This document shows, in pieces, positions 24,603 through 32,000 of a stretch of 32,000 bases of DNA. A model generated the notes under the pieces. It was not told where the DNA came from. It did not search any database and worked only from the letters and a program-made list of their open reading frames with translations. Each line of letters begins with the position of its first letter. Position 1 is the first letter of the stretch. Origin of the DNA: an uncultured Clostridia bacterium. GTDB lineage: Bacteria > Bacillota > Clostridia > Christensenellales > Aristaeellaceae. The stretch covers positions 66,950-98,949 of the forward strand of contig CAKUFG010000006.1 of assembly GCA_934647235.1 (NCBI GenBank), read 5' to 3'. A program made the translations under genes and the position numbers.

Positions 24603-25772
24603 CTACGGCTGCAACGTCACCCGGCTCAGGCCGTTCAGCCCGGCCAGGCGCCTGAGCGCACGCCGCAGGGCGCGGCGATCCAGCTTTGCGCCCGGCTCTA
24701 TCCACAAATTGCGCAGCACCAGCGCGTTTTCCGCCCGGTCGCGCACGCACTCCGCTCGTGCGCAGAGGGTATCGCCCTGCAGAACAGGCAGCACATAATA
24801 GCCGTACTGGCGCTTCTCGGCGGGGGTATAAATCTCCCAGCGGTAGGCAAAGCCGAACAGCGCCTCGATCAGCCTGCGATCCCACAAAAAGCTGTCCAGC
24901 GGGGCGATCAGCTCGGTGCGCGGCGTCAGCGAAGCGTCCAGGCATTTGTCCAGCAGCGGCGCGTCCGCGCTTTGCAGATAGAACGTATCCCGCAGCCCTT
25001 CCACCTGCACGGGCAGGATTCTCCCCGCCGCCAGCAGCGTATCATAGGCGCGCTGCCGGTTGGCCGCTGTGAAATCCGGAATGCACAGATGCGCGTCGCT
25101 GCGGCGGTTCCAAAGCAGGCCCACCGCGCCGATGCGGCGCTGCAGCAAAAACGCCTGGTGCGCCGACAGCTCCGGGTAGGGATCGGGCGCGGCAAGCAGC
25201 GGCTCAGGCAGCAGGTTGCGCGCAAAATCAAAGCAGCGGCGCGCGCCCTCGCGATGATGCACGGCCAGCTCGCCCCGAAAATACAGCGCTTCCATCGCGG
25301 CGCGGGCGGCGGTGGTGCGGTTCCAATACCAGTCCGCATGGCCCAAATCAGGCAGCTCCTCCGAAAAGGCCGGGCCATGCTCGGCCAGAAAGGCGCGCAC
25401 CTGCGGGGCGACGGCCTCCACCAGCTCGTGGCTGCGGCGCTCGGGCTGGGCGTGCCAGGCGCGCGTGCGGGCAAAGCAGGGCCAATCCCGCGCGGGCAGG
25501 ATGCACAGGTTCTTGTCAAAATACTCAATCAGCTCGCGCCGCTGATACAGCGCCTGGACAAGCTGCGCGCTTTGATAATCGCCCACGCGGCTCAGATAGG
25601 TCAGCTCGGGGCTGCGGCCGCACACATCCACCGGATCGTACTGCACGCACCCGGCGGACAGGGTGAAATCGATCACGCCCTGCGCGCCGTAATAGCGATA
25701 ATCGCCCAGCAAACCCTGCCGCAGCAGCACGAAGCGCCGTGCCTGCGCCTGCGAAATTCGCCTTACAGCCAT
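24603..25772 (-). CDS. Winged-helix protein of the YcaQ/AlkZ-like (DNA glycosylase) family
   Basis: The N-terminus ISQAQARRFVLLRQGLL and overall length match my recollection of the family. The start overlaps the upstream GNAT stop by 10 nt. Confidence 0.6.
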   Translation of the reverse strand: MAVRRISQAQARRFVLLRQGLLGDYRYYGAQGVIDFTLSAGCVQYDPVDVCGRSPELTYLSRVGDYQSAQLVQALYQRRELIEYFDKNLCILPARDWPCFARTRAWHAQPERRSHELVEAVAPQVRAFLAEHGPAFSEELPDLGHADWYWNRTTAARAAMEALYFRGELAVHHREGARRCFDFARNLLPEPLLAAPDPYPELSAHQAFLLQRRIGAVGLLWNRRSDAHLCIPDFTAANRQRAYDTLLAAGRILPVQVEGLRDTFYLQSADAPLLDKCLDASLTPRTELIAPLDSFLWDRRLIEALFGFAYRWEIYTPAEKRQYGYYVLPVLQGDTLCARAECVRDRAENALVLRNLWIEPGAKLDRRALRRALRRLAGLNGLSRVTLQP

Positions 25773-26512
25773 TGGATCACCTCATATTCGCCTCGGGGCA
25801 GAAAGCCCAGCCGCGCAGCCAGACGCGCGCTGATGGGATTGGCTGCGTCCCAGTGTACACGGCGATGCGCCGCCAGGCAGCGCAGAATCAGCGCCGCCCC
25901 GCAGGCGGCGGCCACGCCCTGGCGGCGGAAGGGCGGCAGGGTGTCGATTTCCACCTCGATCCCCGCATCATCCCAGGCATAGGCCGACGCGCCGCCGGTC
26001 AGCTCCTGCCCATGCAGGGCGACAACGCCCAGGCCGTGCGCAAAAAAAGCCGCCTCGTCCCCATCGCAGCCGCAAAGGTCGCGCAGCTGCGCCGTTTCGC
26101 GGCAGCGCGCATACAGCGCGCCATCCATCGGATGCAGCGTAAAGCCCGCGGGCAGCGCTTGGGTCAGGGCGGTCAAACGCGCGATATCCCAGCTTTCGGG
26201 CGTGTCGAAGGCATAACGGATGGTCTTTTCCCAGGCGCGGCCCATGCTTTGCGCCAGGCTCAGCCAGCCGGACGCGCCGCTGATGATCAGCTCGCCCGGC
26301 TTGTTTTCGCTCAGCCAGCGCAGCGCGGCGATATCGGGATCGCCCGCCAGAAAGGCAAAGTCCCCCGTCAGCAGCGCGGCGGAACGGCCGCTTTGGCTGA
26401 TTGCCGCGCGCCCGGCATAGCCTTGCACGCAGGCGGTGAGCAGGGTATCCTGCGGCGCGCCGAACAAGGGCGCAAGCCGCTCCCGGGCGGCGCGGTCAGG
26501 CAGTTCAATCAT
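25763..26512 (-). CDS. GNAT-fold acetyltransferase-like protein
   Basis: Internal ATG (MIELPDRAARE...) overlaps the dnaX stop (ATGATTGA). The C-terminal part has a GNAT-like FRRQGVAAACGAAL motif. Confidence 0.65.
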   Translation of the reverse strand: MIELPDRAARERLAPLFGAPQDTLLTACVQGYAGRAAISQSGRSAALLTGDFAFLAGDPDIAALRWLSENKPGELIISGASGWLSLAQSMGRAWEKTIRYAFDTPESWDIARLTALTQALPAGFTLHPMDGALYARCRETAQLRDLCGCDGDEAAFFAHGLGVVALHGQELTGGASAYAWDDAGIEVEIDTLPPFRRQGVAAACGAALILRCLAAHRRVHWDAANPISARLAARLGFLPRGEYEVIQWL

Positions 26513-28112
26513 TGTCAATCTGCACCTTATCGCGGCCCAGGGTGTCGATGAGCAGCTGCTCGTCCCGCTCGGTGCCGGCGGCGCTGCGGGCGACGGCTTC
26601 CTCCATCCTGGCCTCAAACCTGGCCGGCGCGCCGCCCTCTTCTGTCAGGATCTTTTCAATCTGCGCCTTGCGCTCCTCGGCGTTTACAAAGTCCACGCTG
26701 ATGGCGGCGTTGCGGGGGAAGATCAGCTTATAGGTGCCCTCGGCATAGCCGCCGAACCTGCCCTGATTGATGATGGCAAAGCACGCTACCGCCTCGCGCG
26801 CCAGCCGCTTGAGCGCGGCGTTCCATACGTCGGAGGGCTTTTTGCCCTCGGGCAGCGTGGCCTCCGCGCCGGGCATGGGCGCGGGAGCGGGACGGGCGGC
26901 GGGCTTTTTTTCAGCCTGCGGCGCGGCGTTTGCGGGCGCGTCGGCAGGCGCGGCCAGGCGCACGCCGTTCTTTTGCAGCAGCTGCAGCTGATGCTCCATG
27001 TCCTCCAGACGGTCGGTCAGCGCCTGCACATCCTCGCCCTCGGCTACGCGGCAGGCGCGCAGGGCAAACAGCTCCAGCACCCCGCGCGGGGAGGAAGCGT
27101 AGCGCGTATCGGCCTCAGCCTGCATAGCCAGCTCCAGCATGCGCAGCAGCCGCGGCATGGAGATTTCCTCGCTTTGCGCGCGGTAGCGCTGCGCGCCCTC
27201 GCCCGTCATTTCTGCGGCCGGACGCGCGCCCAGCTTAAAGGCGGCCACCTGGCGCACATGCGCGGCGAAATCGCGCAGGAACACCTGCACGTCACGGCCC
27301 GCGCGCATCATATCGTCGATCATATTGAGCACCCGCGTGCCGTCGGAGGCGGCGATGGCGGAAGCAAAATCAAACAAAAATTCGCTGTCGGACGCGCCCA
27401 GCGCCTGGCGCACCAGGTGCTCGGTCAGCCGTTCGCCCGAGCCTATGCACATATCCAGCAGGCTCCAGGCGTCGCGCATGCTGCCGTCGGCCGCGCGGGC
27501 AATCAGCGACAGCGCGGCAGGCTCGGCGTCCTTCAGCTCCGGCAGAGCGGTCAGGATGCGCGCGGTCATCTGTTCCTCTGTCAGGCGGCCGAAATCAAAC
27601 CGCTGGCAGCGGGACAGGATGGTGGCCGGGATCTTCTGCGGCTCGGTGGTGGCCAGGATGAACACCATGTAGGAGGGCGGCTCCTCCAGCGTTTTGAGCA
27701 GGGCGTTGAAGGCGGCGTTGGACAGCATGTGCACTTCGTCGATGATATACACCTTGTACTTGCTGAACTGCGGCGGGTAATCCACCTTTTCCAGCAGGTC
27801 GCGGATTTCCTCCACGCGGCTGTTGCTGGCCGCGTCCATCTCAAACACATCCAGCGATGCGTCCTCCATCAGCGCCCTGCAGGCGGGGCACTCCAGGCAG
27901 GGATCGCCGTCCTGCGGGTTTTCGCAGTTGATGGCGCGGGCCATGATCTTGGCCGCGCTGGTTTTGCCCGTGCCGCGGCTGCCGCAGAAAAGATAGGCAT
28001 GGGCGATGCGCCCGCTGGCTACCTGATGCCGCAGCGTGCGGATGACGGCCTCCTGACCGGCCATTTCGGAAAAAGTGCGGGGCCGCCACTTGCGATACAG
28101 CGCCTGATACAT
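26505..28112 (-). CDS. dnaX: DNA polymerase III subunit gamma/tau
   Basis: MYQALYRKWRPRTFSEMAGQE, Walker A GSRGTGKTS, zinc module CLECPACR. ATG at 28112 lies 9 nt after AGGAGGG. Confidence 0.93.
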   Translation of the reverse strand: MYQALYRKWRPRTFSEMAGQEAVIRTLRHQVASGRIAHAYLFCGSRGTGKTSAAKIMARAINCENPQDGDPCLECPACRALMEDASLDVFEMDAASNSRVEEIRDLLEKVDYPPQFSKYKVYIIDEVHMLSNAAFNALLKTLEEPPSYMVFILATTEPQKIPATILSRCQRFDFGRLTEEQMTARILTALPELKDAEPAALSLIARAADGSMRDAWSLLDMCIGSGERLTEHLVRQALGASDSEFLFDFASAIAASDGTRVLNMIDDMMRAGRDVQVFLRDFAAHVRQVAAFKLGARPAAEMTGEGAQRYRAQSEEISMPRLLRMLELAMQAEADTRYASSPRGVLELFALRACRVAEGEDVQALTDRLEDMEHQLQLLQKNGVRLAAPADAPANAAPQAEKKPAARPAPAPMPGAEATLPEGKKPSDVWNAALKRLAREAVACFAIINQGRFGGYAEGTYKLIFPRNAAISVDFVNAEERKAQIEKILTEEGGAPARFEARMEEAVARSAAGTERDEQLLIDTLGRDKVQIDND

Positions 28113-28198
28113 GGTTGCAATCCCTCCTGTAACGATGCGTTTATTATCCCCTATTTTTGCGCGGATGGCAAGTGGCCGGTGCAATTTTCTTTGATCTA

Positions 28199-28207
28199 TG
28201 GTATAAT
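28199..28207 (+). promoter_or_regulatory. Extended -10 promoter element (TGGTATAAT) for the aldo/keto reductase operon
   Basis: TG-N-TATAAT sits 34 nt upstream of the ATG at 28241. No clear -35 element. Confidence 0.5.
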
Positions 28208-28240
28208 TGAAAAGGTTTATTCTTAAAGGAGGGCGTTTCC

Positions 28241-29386
28241 ATGCAGTATGTACCCTTTGGCGATCTGGGCTTTAATATTTCCCGCTTGGGCTTTGGCATG
28301 ATGCGTCTGCCCAAAGTGATGCTGCCCGACGGCTCCACGGCGCTGGACGAGGCGCGCGCAACGGCCATGCTGCGCTCGGCCATCGATCAGGGACTGAGCT
28401 ATGTCGATACGGCCTATCCCTACTGCGATGGGCAAAGCGAACCGCTGGTGGGCCGCATCCTCAAGGACGGCTACCGCGAGCGCGTGAAGCTGGCCACCAA
28501 GCTGCCCGTGTGGAAGGTGGAGACCCGGCAGGATATGGACGCGGTGCTGGACGAGCAGCTCAAGCGCCTGGACGTGCCCTATGTGGACTTTTATCTTTTG
28601 CACGCCCTGGGGCGCGAGCGCTGGGAAAAAATGAAGGCGCTGGGCGTGCGCGAGTTTCTGGACAGCGCGGTCAAGGACGGCCGCATCCGCTATCCCGCGT
28701 TTTCCTTCCATGATGATTACGAGGTGTTCCGCGATATCCTGACCAGCTATGACTGGCGCATGGCGCAGATTCAGTTCAACTATCTGGATATCCGCCATCA
28801 GGCGGGGCTGCGCGGCATCCGTCTTGCGCGCGCGCGCAAGGTGCCGCTGGTGGTGATGGAGCCGCTGCGCGGCGGCGCGCTGGCCAATCCGCCCGCCGAG
28901 GTGCGCGCGATGATGGAGCGCTATCCCGTGCAGTGCTCGCCGGTGGAGTGGGCTTTCCGCTATGTAGGCGATTTTGATCAGGTGGCGGTGATGCTGTCGG
29001 GCATGAGCGATGAAGCGCAGGTGCAGGATAATCTGCGCATCTTTGAAAACGTGCGCCCCGGCTGCCTGAGCGACGCGGACAAGCGGCTCATCGCCCGCCT
29101 GCGCGCGGGCTATCGCAAGCGCATGCCCATCGGCTGCACGGGCTGCGCCTACTGCGTGCCCTGCCCCAGGGGAGTGGGCATTCCGCGCGTGTTTGCCGCC
29201 TATAACGAAGCGGCGATGTTCGACCGCATGGCGGACTTCCCGCGCCGGTATCAGAGCTTTGTGGAAAACGAGCAGGACGCGGGCCACTGCGTGCGCTGCG
29301 GGCTGTGCGAGGGCAAGTGCCCGCAGCATCTGCCCATCCGCGACTGGCTGCAGACCGTGCATACCGCCGGGCAGAAGAGCGAATAA
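28241..29386 (+). CDS. Aldo/keto reductase with a C-terminal 4Fe-4S ferredoxin-like domain
   Basis: AKR N-terminal motifs (LGFGMMRLP, IDTAYPYCDGQSE) plus CTGCAYCVPCP and CVRCGLCEGKCP cysteine clusters. Confidence 0.85.
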   Translation: MQYVPFGDLGFNISRLGFGMMRLPKVMLPDGSTALDEARATAMLRSAIDQGLSYVDTAYPYCDGQSEPLVGRILKDGYRERVKLATKLPVWKVETRQDMDAVLDEQLKRLDVPYVDFYLLHALGRERWEKMKALGVREFLDSAVKDGRIRYPAFSFHDDYEVFRDILTSYDWRMAQIQFNYLDIRHQAGLRGIRLARARKVPLVVMEPLRGGALANPPAEVRAMMERYPVQCSPVEWAFRYVGDFDQVAVMLSGMSDEAQVQDNLRIFENVRPGCLSDADKRLIARLRAGYRKRMPIGCTGCAYCVPCPRGVGIPRVFAAYNEAAMFDRMADFPRRYQSFVENEQDAGHCVRCGLCEGKCPQHLPIRDWLQTVHTAGQKSE

Positions 29387-29394
29387 TACCGGGT

Positions 29395-30156
29395 ATGAGA
29401 ACCAAGCTATTCGGCGTTGTTTCAATCTACGGCGTGCTGATCGCCCTGGCCGTACTGTGCGCGGTGATCCTGTGCCAGCGCGAGGGGCGGCGGCGCGGCC
29501 TGCCTGAGGATATCGGACTGGACATGGCGCTGTGGGCCGTACCCCTGGGCGTGGTATGCGCGCGGCTGTACTATGTGATTTTCCGGTGGGATTACTATGC
29601 GCAAAACCCCGTCAGCATCCTGTATTTCTGGCAGGGCGGACTGGCGATATACGGCGGGGTCATCGGCGGCGCGCTGGGGCTGTATCTGCTGTCCCGGCGG
29701 CGGCGCATATCCTGCCTGACGCTGTTTGACGTGGCTGCGCCGCTGGTGATCCTGGGGCAGGCCATCGGCCGCTGGGGCAATCTTTTCAATGGCGAGGCAT
29801 ACGGATACCCGGTGCAGTCGGCCTTCTGGCAGTTTTTCCCCGTGGCGGTTCAGGTGAACGGCGTATGGCACCTGGCAACGTTCTTTTATGAGTCCTGCTG
29901 GGATCTGGCGGGCTTTATTGTGCTGTGGCGCTATCGTCTGCGCCCGCGGCGCGCAGGGGACGTGTTTTTCCTGTACCTGCTCTGGTACGGCGCGGGGCGC
30001 ACCATCATCGAGGGTCTGCGCACGGACAGCCTGATGCTGGGGCCCATCCGGGTATCGCAGTTGCTGAGCCTGGCGCTGTGCCTGTGCGGGCTGGCGCACT
30101 TCCGGCGTGGAAAACAAAACGGCGGCGGGCGCTGCTCTCTGCCGGAAAAGAAGTAA
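29395..30156 (+). CDS. lgt: Prolipoprotein diacylglyceryl transferase
   Basis: Internal ATG 8 nt after the AKR stop. Lgt motifs (GGLAIYGGVIGG, GRWGNLFNGEAYG). Weak RBS, so the start is less certain. Confidence 0.85.
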   Translation: MRTKLFGVVSIYGVLIALAVLCAVILCQREGRRRGLPEDIGLDMALWAVPLGVVCARLYYVIFRWDYYAQNPVSILYFWQGGLAIYGGVIGGALGLYLLSRRRRISCLTLFDVAAPLVILGQAIGRWGNLFNGEAYGYPVQSAFWQFFPVAVQVNGVWHLATFFYESCWDLAGFIVLWRYRLRPRRAGDVFFLYLLWYGAGRTIIEGLRTDSLMLGPIRVSQLLSLALCLCGLAHFRRGKQNGGGRCSLPEKK

Positions 30157-30185
30157 CAAAAAAGCGCACAAAGGAGGCTCATTCC

Positions 30186-30776
30186 ATGGCCAAGCGTTTG
30201 CTGATCACCGGCTTTGATCCCTTCGGCGGGCAAAGCGTCAATCCTGCCTGGGAGGCGGTATCCCGCCTGCCCGCGCACGTGGGCGATTGCGATGTGCACG
30301 CTTTGCAGGTGCCCACGGTGTTTGGCCTGGCGGCGCAGCGCGCCATCGAGGCGGCGCAGACCCTGCAGCCCGATATCATCCTGTGCGTGGGGCAGGCGGG
30401 CGGCCGCGCGGCGGTCACGCCCGAAATGGTGGCCATCAACCTGCGCTATGCCGCCATCCCCGATAACGCGGGCCTGCAGCCGCAGGATATTCCCTGCGTC
30501 GAGGACGGCCCGGCGGCATACTTTGCCACCGTGCCCGTGCGGGAAATGGCGCGCGCCATCGCACAGGCCGGCCTGCCGGGCAGCGTATCCTATACGGCGG
30601 GCACGTTTGTGTGCAACGATCTGCTCTATACCCTGCTGCATCATTACCGCGATACCGCCGCGCGCGTGGGGTTCATCCATGTGCCCTTCCTGCCCGAACA
30701 GGCCAGGGACGGCCAGCCCGCCCTGGCGCTGAACGATATCGTGCGGGCGCTGTGCGCAGCGATTGAGACGCTTTGA
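30186..30776 (+). CDS. pcp: Pyroglutamyl-peptidase I
   Basis: MAKRLLITGFDPFGG..., plus catalytic-region motifs GTFVCN and FIHVP. ATG lies 8 nt after GGAGG. Confidence 0.9.
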   Translation: MAKRLLITGFDPFGGQSVNPAWEAVSRLPAHVGDCDVHALQVPTVFGLAAQRAIEAAQTLQPDIILCVGQAGGRAAVTPEMVAINLRYAAIPDNAGLQPQDIPCVEDGPAAYFATVPVREMARAIAQAGLPGSVSYTAGTFVCNDLLYTLLHHYRDTAARVGFIHVPFLPEQARDGQPALALNDIVRALCAAIETL

Positions 30777-30878
30777 GGCGCGTAATCCGCCGCTGCCTGT
30801 GGCAGATGAAGGCGGATGCAGCGCCAATGAGGCAACGAGTTTTGCAAGCGTCGGCGCCGCAAAACGACTATGCCGAAT

Positions 30879-30955
30879 TGTGAGGGCCGTAGCCGCCGCA
30901 GCGGCGTTATCTTATATAGTTATGATAACGGCTGCTTCGCAGCCTACACCTCATC
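30879..30955. repeat. Y module, degenerate copy (Y-C1, inverted)
   Basis: The three internal hairpins are intact. The closing helix is interrupted (GTGAGGGCCGTAG versus CTACACCTCATC). Confidence 0.55.
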
Positions 30956-31199
30956 AGTCAGCTCTCGCTGACAGCTTCTCCTCAAGGAGAAGCCTTTTGG
31001 GTGATCGCACTCTCCAACGCATGTAAACTGCCGCGCTCCCCCCTCATCCGTCTCGCTGTGCGTTCGACACCTTCTCCCGAGGGAGAAGGCTTTTATAGTC
31101 GTGCTTTTGCTAAACTAAGCTTCGAGAACGCACTACCGCATTGGCACAGCCGCCAAAAGCCTTCCCCTTTGAGGGGAAGGTGGCGAATGTAATGAGCCG

Positions 31200-31274
31200 G
31201 ATGAGGTGTAGCCGCCGCAGCGGCGTTATCTTATATAGTTATGATAACGGCTGCTTCGCAGCCTACACCTCATC
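31200..31274. repeat. Y module (Y-C2, inverted)
   Basis: GATGAGGTGTAG and CTACACCTCATC close three hairpins. Confidence 0.7.
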
Positions 31275-31377
31275 AGTCAGCATTCGCTGACAGCTTCTCC
31301 TCAAGGAGAAGCCTTTTGGTGGCTGTTCTTTCCAGCTATCGATAGCCGTTATGCTTGATTTTCGCACCTAGCCATCG

Positions 31378-31501
31378 CCCCGTGGCACGCTGATCGCAGA
31401 TCAGCGTGGGCGTGCGCAGCACGACCAAGAGGAAAAGCAGGAAGCGAACGGAGGAAAGCTTGCTTTCATCCGGACGGTTCAGGCTTTCACCTGCTACGGG
31501 G
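31378..31501. repeat. X module, beta type (copy X4)
   Basis: CCCCGTGGCA (31378-31387) and TGCTACGGGG (31492-31501) close the domain. By manual alignment it differs from 9060-9185 by about five substitutions and one 2-nt indel. Confidence 0.7.
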
Positions 31502-31653
31502 GTAGGGCGGCAGGTGGCCAGGGCCACTCCCTGTTTTCGTCCAATAGACTTTTACGTCACACACAGGTTCTTTGTTACTTTCTTCACTGAAGAAAGTAAC
31601 GTCCTCCCCGTTTCCCCGCCCTCCTCGTCCCTCCATGCCAGAAAGGAACCGTC

Positions 31654-32000
31654 ATGATGACCATTCAGCCCCTGCGCGATGTGCGCGCGTGTCTGCCCTT
31701 TGTGCTGGCGATCAACGCGGATCCCTGCCTGGGCGATCCCATGCTGCGCACCGCCGAGCAGCTGCAGGTTAACCTGCTCAGCGTGCAGGATCAGCCCGGC
31801 CATCAGGCGTTCGGCGCGTATGAGGGCGAGCGGCTCGCCGGGCTGTTTGTGTTTTTGATTTTGCCGGGCGAGCGCTATATCGAAATGCTGGCCGGGCTTA
31901 CCCGCGAGCCGGCGGCCTGGGAGGCCATGCTGGCGCACCTGCGCGCGCAGTATTCCGGCTGTCAGGCAGACTTTGTGTTCAATCCCATGAACGCCCCGCT
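31654..32000 (+). CDS. Hypothetical protein, 3' end outside window (absent from the ORF track because no stop is reached)
   Basis: ATGATG at 31654, then an open frame to the window edge (MMTIQPLRDVRACLPFVLAINADP...). G+C-rich third positions match the neighbouring genes. Weak RBS. Confidence 0.55.
   Translation, partial: MMTIQPLRDVRACLPFVLAINADPCLGDPMLRTAEQLQVNLLSVQDQPGHQAFGAYEGERLAGLFVFLILPGERYIEMLAGLTREPAAWEAMLAHLRAQYSGCQADFVFNPMNAP

Larger units (their letters stand above)
30777..31634. repeat. Mosaic structured element, copy C (GC hairpins + degenerate Y + W + Y + X-beta + T arm)
   Basis: 31370-31634 matches 9055-9301. The Y modules are inverted relative to copies A and B. 31030-31190 is the reverse complement of 12571-12715. 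The left boundary is uncertain. Confidence 0.8.

Noticed and set aside
28113-28240. An SRP RNA gene (ffs), which often lies upstream of dnaX in Firmicutes
   Set aside because: The spacer is only 128 nt and is occupied by a divergent promoter. No GGAA/AGCA SRP domain-IV-like motif or long hairpin is present.

Overview
The window looks like chromosome from a high-G+C Gram-positive anaerobe, probably Clostridia-like. That guess rests on codon usage and gene content only; no database search was possible. Genes from left to right:
- the 3' part of an Opp/Dpp-type peptide ABC importer (SBP, two permeases, tandem-fused ATPase)
- an orphan exported protein
- a YitT-family plus ECF-S-like membrane gene pair
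- a GNAT gene, then rsgA, then pgk-tpiA-yhbY
- a block of about 9 kb with visibly lower G+C. It holds a YesM/YesN-like two-component system split around an Lpl/CUT1-type sugar ABC importer, a cytoplasmic beta-helix glycosidase-like protein and an MFS transporter.
- a 2-hydroxyacid dehydrogenase gene with bioY
- an overlapping dnaX-GNAT-AlkZ/YcaQ-like operon
- an Fe-S aldo/keto reductase, lgt, pcp, and a 3'-truncated ORF

The strongest signal is non-coding. Four co-directional intergenic spacers (7618-7709, 8541-9301, 12022-12749, 30777-31634) are filled by a modular, hairpin-dense mosaic repeat family. The family has purine-rich arms, a conserved 27-31-nt palindrome, and two different multi-helix cloverleaf-like modules (X and Y). 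Their helices are kept by compensatory base changes while every reading frame across them diverges. One 728-bp copy separates pgk from tpiA. I do not recognise these modules as any named RNA or repeat family. Whether they act as mobile DNA, as structured RNA, or as both cannot be settled from sequence alone. No CRISPR array, rRNA gene, genuine tRNA gene, transposase, integrase or recognisable defence gene was seen.
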